A DNA stretch of 64,000 nt from an uncultured virus (IMG/VR IMGVR_UViG_3300027708_000067) (lineage: Duplodnaviria; Heunggongvirae; Uroviricota; Caudoviricetes), in IMG/VR virus record IMGVR_UViG_3300027708_000067; one strand, written 5' to 3'. Both the position numbers and the translations under genes were made by a program. Under the pieces are notes generated by a model that saw only the letters and a program-made list of their open reading frames with translations, searched no databases and was not told the DNA's origin. Shown one piece after another: positions 15,325 through 22,701 of this stretch (positions within the stretch are counted from its first letter, which is position 1; every line of letters begins with the position of its first letter).

Positions 15325-15477
15325 ATGGCAACTAAACCCGGTTTGTACGCAAACATTCACGCTAAACAGGAACGCATCAAAGCCGGCTCTGGTGAGAAGA
15401 TGCGCAAGCCGGGCGCCAAAGGTGCTCCTACAGCCAAATCATTTAAAGAGTCCGCCAAAACAGCAAAAACAAAATGA
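15325..15477 (+). CDS. Small basic protein (50 aa)
   Basis: MATKPGLYANIHAKQERIKAGSGEKMRKPG...; AAGGA SD; ATGA coupling. Confidence 0.75.
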   Translation: MATKPGLYANIHAKQERIKAGSGEKMRKPGAKGAPTAKSFKESAKTAKTK

Positions 15478-15869
15478 AAGATTTTAAAACCCTTCCTAAA
15501 ATGAAAACTGGTGGCAGGGTAAAGAAAATGTCTAATGGTGGCAGTTTGTCTTCCATAAGTGGATTTTCTAATTTAGTTGGAAGACCTACAGGTCAATTTT
15601 CAGAAGCAGGAAAACCTTTATTTAGAACTGCAAATGATGAACTTGTATCAGAAAAATCTGTCACACTTCCTTACAAAGGAAAATATGTAAATACACCCAG
15701 CATTATTAAAGGGGTGCAACGAAGTGATGATGAAATTATGAGCGGTTTAGAAAAAGGTAGAATTAAGCCTACAAGCACACATGATACAATTGAAGATGCG
15801 GTAGAAGCTGCAAAAGCAAGAAGTTCAGGATTAATAAAAAAGAAACGCGGCGGGAAAGTTAAAAAATAA
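15474..15869 (+). CDS. Basic protein with (M/K)xxGG motifs, possible internal virion protein
   Basis: MKTGG, MSNGG, KKRGG. Confidence 0.7.
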   Translation: MKDFKTLPKMKTGGRVKKMSNGGSLSSISGFSNLVGRPTGQFSEAGKPLFRTANDELVSEKSVTLPYKGKYVNTPSIIKGVQRSDDEIMSGLEKGRIKPTSTHDTIEDAVEAAKARSSGLIKKKRGGKVKK

Positions 15870-16132
15870 TGGCAACCAAAAAGAACCCATCCCTATCTAT
15901 TGGTCGTGGCGAGAAGCTACCAGCCTCTCAGGGCGCCGGCTTAACCGCCAAGGGTCGTGCTAAATATAATGCGGCCACTGGCTCGCATTTAAAAGCACCA
16001 CAACCCGAAGGCGGTGCTCGTAAAAACTCATTTTGCGCTCGTATGTCTGGTGTAAAAGGCCCCATGAAAGATGAAAATGGTAAACCAACACGCAAGGCAG
16101 CAGCACTAAAAAGGTGGAAGTGTGGCAGCTAA
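15869..16132 (+). CDS. Small basic protein (DUF6321-like)
   Basis: GLTAKGR..YN..TGS.LKAP...R..SFCARM.G.......AL.RW.C. Confidence 0.7.
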   Translation: MATKKNPSLSIGRGEKLPASQGAGLTAKGRAKYNAATGSHLKAPQPEGGARKNSFCARMSGVKGPMKDENGKPTRKAAALKRWKCGS

Positions 16133-16505
16133 ACAAAAGAAAACCTTTACCCCGGAAATGGCTGAAACCATTTTGAACCTGGGTAGGCAAGGTGCGTCCC
16201 AAAAATCCATGTATTCTGCCATCAACATCAGCAAGGCTACAGCGGCTAAGTGGAAGCAAGAAGACCCTTTCTTTGCCGAAACCATGGATATGGCTACAAC
16301 CTATGGCCAGTCCTATTGGGAAATGATGATGCTTGCCAACGTAGAAAACAAAGCATTTAACTCCCGTATTGCTGAAATAGCCCTCCGAGGCCAGTATCCC
16401 GATGACTACAAAGACAGCCGGGAAATTAAAGCAAACATCAAACAAGAAGTAACAGTAGATTTCAATAAAGAAGTAGCAGAACTGATTTCCGCCCTTAAAG
16501 CGTAA
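16122..16505 (+). CDS. Putative terminase small subunit (HTH)
   Basis: I..L...G.S.......I.IS..T...W......F.E.......Q.YWE pattern; downstream of a late-type promoter. Confidence 0.6.
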   Translation: MAAKQKKTFTPEMAETILNLGRQGASQKSMYSAINISKATAAKWKQEDPFFAETMDMATTYGQSYWEMMMLANVENKAFNSRIAEIALRGQYPDDYKDSREIKANIKQEVTVDFNKEVAELISALKA

Positions 16506-16519
16506 ATTTATATTTTACT

Positions 16520-16549
16520 AAAAAAGGGGCTTGACTTAGCCCCTTTTTT
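16520..16549. terminator. Rho-independent terminator (bidirectional shape), overlapping the next promoter
   Basis: AAAAAAGGGGCT-TGACTT-AGCCCCTTTTTT. Confidence 0.85.
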
Positions 16550-16558
16550 GCATTAGTA
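16547..16558 (+). promoter_or_regulatory. Phage promoter motif, -10-like element only (middle class)
   Basis: TTTGCATTAGTA about 33 bp before the exonuclease ATG; no GGGCG at the N14 position. Confidence 0.75.
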
Positions 16559-16591
16559 TGTATAGATCTAAAACGTTGAAAAAGGCTAAAA

Positions 16592-17725
16592 ATGACTGCA
16601 CACGCACTTCTAAGCGCTTCAGGCTCTAAACGGTGGCTTACCTGCACACCCAGCGCCAGACTAGAAGCAACACTCCCCGAGCAAAAAAGACAACCCGGAG
16701 CCTTTGATTTTTCACAAGAAGGCACGACAGCTCATTCATTGGCGGAGATTAAATTACGGCAGTATTTTGGTCAGATTGAAAGCGAAGACTATGAAAAAGA
16801 ATATACAGAGATTAAATCAACACCCTATTACAATGACGACTTCGAGGCTAACGTCGATAATTACGTTCTATATGTTCGCAGCCAAATCGGCGAAGGCAAT
16901 ACCCCGTTATTTGAACAGCGCGTGGACTTCTCTGATTGGGTACCTGACGGCTTTGGTACAGCCGATGTGGTTATACTTTCTAAGCACTCCATTCGTGTCA
17001 TCGACCTCAAGTTCGGAAGAGGCGTTCCGGTCAATGCGCAAGACAACACGCAACTACGACTTTACGCACTTGGAGCCTACGCCAAGTTCAAAGAAGAGTG
17101 GCCGGACATCAAAGAAGTCAGTTACACGATCCACCAGCCTCGCCTTGATAGCATCTCTACCGACGGCACAACGATCATCAAACTCGTCGACTGGGCAAAC
17201 TACTTCGTCAAACCCAAAGCCAAAAAAGCGTGGGCCGGCGCAGGCGAGTTCCTTCCAGGCGAACACTGCCAGTTCTGCAAAGCCAAAGCGCAGTGCAGGG
17301 CGCGGTCGGACTTCAACACAGAGCTAACTCGCTTAGAGTTTAGAGACCCACCGTTACTAGATGAAGATGAAATTAGTCTAGTACTTTCCAAAGCTCAAGA
17401 CTTACGCACTTGGGTTAACGATGTGGAAGAACACGCAGTAAATCGTGCAGTAGATTCCAACATTATTCCGCCAGGATTTAAGCTAACAACTTCGATAACA
17501 CACCGTAGGTATGTAGATCAAGCTTTAGCAGCAACAGTCTTGGAAGATAAAGGTTTGGACAAAGAAGTTATTTGGGAGAAACCTAAACTAAAAACCATAG
17601 CAGCAATTAAAAAATTAGTTCCTAAATCACCTATAGAAGCATGGTTGGGCGATCTTATAGCGCGCCCAGAAGGCCAGCCAAAATTAGTTCGCGTTAAGGA
17701 TGATTTAAAGGAGGATTTTAAATGA
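16592..17725 (+). CDS. Cas4-like PD-(D/E)XK exonuclease (DUF2800)
   Basis: HALLSAS...RW..C, EGT.AH, EQRV, FGTAD, IDLKFG.G, QL.LYALG, HC.FC.....C. Confidence 0.9.
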   Translation: MTAHALLSASGSKRWLTCTPSARLEATLPEQKRQPGAFDFSQEGTTAHSLAEIKLRQYFGQIESEDYEKEYTEIKSTPYYNDDFEANVDNYVLYVRSQIGEGNTPLFEQRVDFSDWVPDGFGTADVVILSKHSIRVIDLKFGRGVPVNAQDNTQLRLYALGAYAKFKEEWPDIKEVSYTIHQPRLDSISTDGTTIIKLVDWANYFVKPKAKKAWAGAGEFLPGEHCQFCKAKAQCRARSDFNTELTRLEFRDPPLLDEDEISLVLSKAQDLRTWVNDVEEHAVNRAVDSNIIPPGFKLTTSITHRRYVDQALAATVLEDKGLDKEVIWEKPKLKTIAAIKKLVPKSPIEAWLGDLIARPEGQPKLVRVKDDLKEDFK

Positions 17726-17865
17726 GCACATGGTTAATTGCAGCAATGGGCGTAGTATATTTTATAGTAGCTATTGATCAATTTTTTAAAGGGGGAACGG
17801 GTACAGGAATTATGTTCCTTGGCTATGCTCTCGGTAACGTAGGACTCGTACTTGTAGCTAAATGA
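17722..17865 (+). CDS. Small two-TM membrane protein (47 aa)
   Basis: GGAGG SD; ATGA coupling at both ends; hydrophobic. Confidence 0.65.
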   Translation: MSTWLIAAMGVVYFIVAIDQFFKGGTGTGIMFLGYALGNVGLVLVAK

Positions 17866-18119
17866 AGGTACAATACTGGGATTCAGATTTTGAAGTGCCC
17901 GATATATTAATTGACAAATTTGTAAAAGATTTTGATGGACTTCCTGGTAGTGGGCAACGTTCATCTGTGTTAGACTTAAGAGAATCAATTGAAGAAGTTT
18001 TAGATTTCATTTCAGAAGAACCAGAAATGTTACATGAAACAGTTTATTTAAATGATTTTATAAAAGCACTTGCAATACGACAAGCTTTGCAGTATCATGG
18101 AGTCTTGTATGATGCGTAG
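17862..18119 (+). CDS. Hypothetical protein
   Basis: ORF, coupled. Confidence 0.65.
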   Translation: MKVQYWDSDFEVPDILIDKFVKDFDGLPGSGQRSSVLDLRESIEEVLDFISEEPEMLHETVYLNDFIKALAIRQALQYHGVLYDA

Positions 18120-18121
18120 TA

Positions 18122-18183
18122 AGGGTTGCCGAGCTGGCCCCTATTGAAGTCCAGTTCAATAAAACGTTAAAAAGGTAAAAATC
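18122..18183 (+). ncRNA. Putative cis-regulatory H-type pseudoknot in the SSB mRNA leader
   Basis: AGGG/CCCT and GAGCTGG/CCAGTTC interleaved, followed by an A-rich unstructured RBS region. Confidence 0.45.
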
Positions 18184-18714
18184 ATGGCAGCAAGTTCAAC
18201 AAAAGTTAAATTCGTAACAAATAAAGTTCGCTTTTCATTTGTCCACGTATTTGAGCCAGCTTTAAATCTTAGTGGCAAATTGAAATACTCAGTATCTATT
18301 TTGATTCCTAAGACAGATAAAGCCGGTATCGCAGCATTCAATAAAGCTTTAGAAGATTGCAAGAAAGCTAACATGGGCTATTTCGGTGGCGCTATTCCTA
18401 AGAATCTAAAGGGTGGCTTACGTGATGGCGACGTAGAAAAAGATGATCCAGTATATGCTGGCAACTATTTCTTCAATGCTAGTTCTGATTTGAAGCCAGG
18501 TATTTTTGACGAGAACTCACAAGAGATCATTGATCCTAGCGAGTTCTACAGCGGTTGCTATGGTCGTGCTTCTGTCACAATGTATCCATACGACGTAAGC
18601 GGTTCTAAAGGCATCGGCTATGGTTTAAGTGCAGTAAAGAAAACCGAAGAAGGTGAGAAACTTGGCGGCGCAACAGCTTCCGCAGCAGACTTTGCAGCAG
18701 ATTTCGCAGTATAA
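18184..18714 (+). CDS. Single-stranded DNA-binding protein (DUF2815, gp2.5-like)
   Basis: VRFSF.HVFEP, KYSVSILIPK, LRDGD, YSGCY.R, GE.LGG, acidic/aromatic C-terminal tail. Confidence 0.9.
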   Translation: MAASSTKVKFVTNKVRFSFVHVFEPALNLSGKLKYSVSILIPKTDKAGIAAFNKALEDCKKANMGYFGGAIPKNLKGGLRDGDVEKDDPVYAGNYFFNASSDLKPGIFDENSQEIIDPSEFYSGCYGRASVTMYPYDVSGSKGIGYGLSAVKKTEEGEKLGGATASAADFAADFAV

Positions 18715-18739
18715 GTAGTTTAGTAGTGCAGTAGTACAA

Positions 18740-18773
18740 GGGAGTGTCCATAGAAACTATGGCCTCCCTTTTT
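18740..18773 (+). terminator. Rho-independent terminator
   Basis: GGGAG..CCATAG-AAA-CTATGG.CTCCC-TTTTT. Confidence 0.7.
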
Positions 18774-18802
18774 CATCAACCCAATAATATAGAGAATAAT
18801 AA

Positions 18803-20677
18803 ATGGATCAGTACCAAGAATACATTGCCGCCAGTAGATATGCCCGATTTGTAGATGAGAAACAACGCAGAGAGACCTGGGCAGAAACAGTAAGCCGTTA
18901 TGTTGAATATGTTTTTAGTCGTACCCCTGCAATACAAAGCAACACCGAATTAAAAAATGAAATTTTTGATGCTATCCATAACCTAGATTTGATGCCGTCT
19001 ATGCGCGCCATGATGACGGCAGGAAAGAGTGCTGATCGTGATAACACCTGTGTCTATAATTGCTCGTATCTTCCGATTGATGACCCCAAGAGCTTTGATG
19101 AAGCGATGTTCATCTTGTTATGTGGAACTGGTGTTGGGTTCTCCGTTGAGTCAAAATACATTAACCATCTGCCGGAAGTGCCAGAAAACTTATTCGAGTC
19201 GGACCACACCATCTCCGTCCACGATTCAAAAGAAGGCTGGGCAAAGTCCCTCCGACTATTACTCGCGCACCTATGGGCCGGCGAGATTCCAAAGTGGGAC
19301 GTCAGCAACATCCGCCCCGCCGGAGCACGACTCAAAACTTTTGGTGGAAGAGCTTCCGGGCCAGAACCATTAATTGATTTGTTTAACTTTACCGTAGCAA
19401 TGTTCAAACACGCAAAGGGTCGTAGATTGCATTCATTAGAATGCCACGATCTGATGTGTAAAATTGGTGAAGTGGTGGTAGTGGGTGGCGTTCGTCGCTC
19501 AGCTATGATATCATTATCAGATCTAGACGATGAAAGGATTCGACATGCAAAAGCTGGACCATGGTGGGAAACAGCCCCACACAGAGCCCTTGCCAATAAC
19601 TCAGCAGTCTATAGCACAACTCCTACAGTCGGAAAGTTTATGGAAGAGTGGCTTAGTCTTTATAATTCTCATTCCGGTGAGCGCGGTATTTTTAATCGTG
19701 AAGCTGCTCAAAACACAGTGGCTAAATATGGTCATCGTGATCCTAATTTTGAGTTTGGTACCAATCCTTGCTCCGAAATTATTTTGCGCCCCTATCAGTT
19801 TTGTAACCTTTCCGAAGTGGTGGTAAGACACAATGACACCAAAGAAACCTTACTGCGTAAAGTGCGGCTTGCCTCCATCCTCGGCACCATCCAAAGTACA
19901 TTCACCAAATTTCCTTATCTGCGTAAAGTGTGGCAACGTAATACCGAGGAAGAACGATTACTCGGAGTCTCTCTTACCGGAATATACGATAACCCATTAC
20001 TTACCACACAAGGAGAAAAGTTAAATGACTTACTTACCGAGCTTCGAGAGGAGTCTAGAAGAGCCAACGAGGAGTTTGCAGAGCTGCTTGGAATACCTAA
20101 GAGTGCTGCAATTACTTGCGTTAAGCCCAGTGGAACCGTCTCACAACTCGTTGATAGTGCTTCTGGAATCCACCCTAGACACTCTAAGTTCTACATACGA
20201 AGAGTTAGAGGAGATAAGAAAGACCCTCTCACCCAATTCTTAATTTCACAAGGAATCCCAAATGAAGCATGTGTTTACAAACCTGATCAAACGGTTGTGT
20301 TCAGTTTTCCAATCAAAGCCCCAGACGGCATCACCAGGTCAGACGTTACACCAATATCTCACCTTTCTTTATGGCTCACATACCAACGACACTGGTGTGA
20401 ACACAAGCCGTCGGTCACCATCTCCGTCGAAGAAAAAGACTGGCCAAGTGTCGGTGCGTGGACGTGGGAAAACTTCAGCGAAATCAGCGGCGTCAGCTAC
20501 CTCCCGTACGACGGCGGCACATACCGCCAAGCCCCGTACGAAGAGTGCAACCAAGAAGTCTACGAACAGCTCAAAGCCAGCCTCCCCAAAATCAACTGGG
20601 AAGACTTTAAAGAAAACACCGACAACGTCGAGGGCGCGCAGCAACTAGCCTGTTCAGCAGGAACGTGCGAGATTTAA
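18803..20677 (+). CDS. nrdJ: Class II (adenosylcobalamin-dependent) ribonucleotide reductase, monomeric RTPR type
   Basis: RRETW.ETV.R, YNC, GGVRRSA, TNPCSEI, CNLSE, TCVKPSGTVS, C-terminal ACSAGTCEI. Confidence 0.93.
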   Translation: MDQYQEYIAASRYARFVDEKQRRETWAETVSRYVEYVFSRTPAIQSNTELKNEIFDAIHNLDLMPSMRAMMTAGKSADRDNTCVYNCSYLPIDDPKSFDEAMFILLCGTGVGFSVESKYINHLPEVPENLFESDHTISVHDSKEGWAKSLRLLLAHLWAGEIPKWDVSNIRPAGARLKTFGGRASGPEPLIDLFNFTVAMFKHAKGRRLHSLECHDLMCKIGEVVVVGGVRRSAMISLSDLDDERIRHAKAGPWWETAPHRALANNSAVYSTTPTVGKFMEEWLSLYNSHSGERGIFNREAAQNTVAKYGHRDPNFEFGTNPCSEIILRPYQFCNLSEVVVRHNDTKETLLRKVRLASILGTIQSTFTKFPYLRKVWQRNTEEERLLGVSLTGIYDNPLLTTQGEKLNDLLTELREESRRANEEFAELLGIPKSAAITCVKPSGTVSQLVDSASGIHPRHSKFYIRRVRGDKKDPLTQFLISQGIPNEACVYKPDQTVVFSFPIKAPDGITRSDVTPISHLSLWLTYQRHWCEHKPSVTISVEEKDWPSVGAWTWENFSEISGVSYLPYDGGTYRQAPYEECNQEVYEQLKASLPKINWEDFKENTDNVEGAQQLACSAGTCEI

Positions 20678-20700
20678 ATTATTTTTATGGTGGTGGGTTT

Positions 20701-20737
20701 GGGGGACTTGTATAGTCCCCCTTTTTTATGCTACAAT
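20701..20737 (+). terminator. Terminator followed by an extended -10 promoter for polA
   Basis: GGGGGACT-TGTAT-AGTCCCCC-TTTTTT; TGCTACAAT 20729-20737. Confidence 0.8.
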
Positions 20738-20775
20738 AGACTCATATAGATTCGTCTGGACGCCATTGGAGCATT

Positions 20776-22701
20776 ATGATTTATTCTATCGACTTTGAAA
20801 CCCGTAGCTTTGCTGATCTGCCAGAAGTAGGCTTAGATAAATACGCAAACTGCCTCTCCACCGAAGTGCTATGTATTGCGTTTGGCACCCAACCTGACAA
20901 TGTATTAGTAACCTCCCCAAAACCCACAGCCAATTTAGATCTAAATAATCTATTAGCCCATGTGCGTGGTGGTGGCAAGATCCAAGCGTGGAACGCCATG
21001 TTTGAGTACGCCATCTGGAACTGTGTCTGTGTGCCTAAGTACGGCTGGCCACCACTAAAGCTAGAGCAGTGTATTGACACCATGGCGATAGCGGCAGCCA
21101 ATAACGTACCGCAAGCCTTGGGCGATGCTGCCATATTCATGGACGCAAACCAGCAAAAAGACACACGAGGCCGGTACCTAATCCAAAAGCTCTGTAAGCC
21201 AAATCGCAAAGGTGTGTTTGAAGACAACTTTGAGCTCATGGCGGAACTGTTTGCCTATTGCGCCCAGGACGTACGCACAGAAATGGCCATAGGAGCCGTT
21301 TTAAGGCCCCTATCAGCCTTTGAACAGGAAGTTTGGGAGCTTACTCAGCGCATCAATTTAAGAGGCGTACCAGTCGATTATAACGAGCTCCACAGCGCCG
21401 TTTTGGCTGTGGTAAGGGCCCAGGATGCCATAGACAACGAATGCCTTGCCTTGACCGGTTGTAAGCCGTCTGAGAGGGCTAAATTACTGGAGTGGATTAA
21501 TAAGAAAATCCCCCATGCACCCATGGCGGATTTAACAGCAGAAACCGTGTCAAAAATGCTGCAGTGCAGCATTCACGCGCGCGTAAAAAAAGTGTTGGAG
21601 CTAAGACAAGAAGGCAGCCAAACTAGCGTGGCTAAGTACGCTAAGATGATGGAGATTCAAAGAGATGGGAAAATTAGGAATACATTGGTATATCATGGCG
21701 CTAGTACTGGCCGTTGGGCGAGTCGTGGTGGGCTCAATTTACAGAATATTGCCCGACCAACCCTTAGCGATGAAGAGATTGAATTGGCGATACCAATGGT
21801 CTTTACAGAAGGAGTGGGCACGATGCAACAACTCTCCTCTTTGGTGCGATCCGCCATACGAGCTCCAAGTGGCAAAACCTTCGTTGACGTGGATTTTAGC
21901 TCAATTGAAAACCGAGTTGGGGTTTGGCTCGCAGGACAAGCCGACAAGGTGGAGCTCTTTCGGAAAGGCTTGGATGAATACAAAGTCTTCGCTTCAGAAA
22001 GCCTCTATCGAGTCCCTTATGATGAAGTCACGAAGGATCAACGCCAGGTCAGCAAATCAGCTGTCCTCGGTGCGATGTTTGGTCAGGGTTCTAAAGGGCT
22101 GGTTAAATACGCTGAAGGGATGGGTGTCACGTTAAGTGAGGGAGAAGCCAAAGCTGCAGTAGAAAATTACCGCAATTCGTATGCAAAGGTGAAGTGGCTG
22201 TGGGGAGCTTGTGAGACTGCAGCGATTGATGCAGTTCAGAATCCTGGCACTGCGTTTTTTGCAGGCAAGAAGATTCGATTAAAAGTAGCTAGGGGAGCAT
22301 TGTGGATGCAACTTCCATCAAGCCGTTTGATCTGTTGGCAAAGGCCAGAGCTTGAGCTGCTCACCACACCATGGGGTCAAGAGAAACTTGGCATTACTAT
22401 CCACTCCCAGAACACGTTCACTCGGCAGTGGAGTAGGAACCAGTTGATCGGTAGTAGTATCTTCCAATCTGCCGTTCAAGGCACGGCTCGCGATTTCTTG
22501 GCGTTTGCTATGATAGAGCTCGAGCGAGCTGGCTATGAGGTTATTAACTCCATCCATGACGAGGTGTTACTCCTTGTGGAAGAACAAAGCGCGGAGTCCG
22601 CATTGGATGCTGTGATTAAGATCATGACCACACCACCAACGTGGGCTCCCGACTTTCCTCTTGCAGCAGAAGGCTGGGTGGGTAAGCGTTACAGGAAGTG
22701 A
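20776..22701 (+). CDS. polA: DNA polymerase family A with 3'-5' exonuclease
   Basis: IDFET exo I; TGRWAS; motif A DFSSIE.R; motif B RQVSKSAVLGAMFG; motif C HDEV. Confidence 0.95.
   Translation: MIYSIDFETRSFADLPEVGLDKYANCLSTEVLCIAFGTQPDNVLVTSPKPTANLDLNNLLAHVRGGGKIQAWNAMFEYAIWNCVCVPKYGWPPLKLEQCIDTMAIAAANNVPQALGDAAIFMDANQQKDTRGRYLIQKLCKPNRKGVFEDNFELMAELFAYCAQDVRTEMAIGAVLRPLSAFEQEVWELTQRINLRGVPVDYNELHSAVLAVVRAQDAIDNECLALTGCKPSERAKLLEWINKKIPHAPMADLTAETVSKMLQCSIHARVKKVLELRQEGSQTSVAKYAKMMEIQRDGKIRNTLVYHGASTGRWASRGGLNLQNIARPTLSDEEIELAIPMVFTEGVGTMQQLSSLVRSAIRAPSGKTFVDVDFSSIENRVGVWLAGQADKVELFRKGLDEYKVFASESLYRVPYDEVTKDQRQVSKSAVLGAMFGQGSKGLVKYAEGMGVTLSEGEAKAAVENYRNSYAKVKWLWGACETAAIDAVQNPGTAFFAGKKIRLKVARGALWMQLPSSRLICWQRPELELLTTPWGQEKLGITIHSQNTFTRQWSRNQLIGSSIFQSAVQGTARDFLAFAMIELERAGYEVINSIHDEVLLLVEEQSAESALDAVIKIMTTPPTWAPDFPLAAEGWVGKRYRK

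Noticed and set aside
16704..22557. Long alternative-frame ORFs inside exonuclease, RNR and PolA
   Set aside because: They overlap well-supported genes, show no motifs and are explained by codon bias
18803..22701. Introns or inteins in nrdJ or polA
   Set aside because: Both ORFs are continuous and of compact length with motifs in normal order
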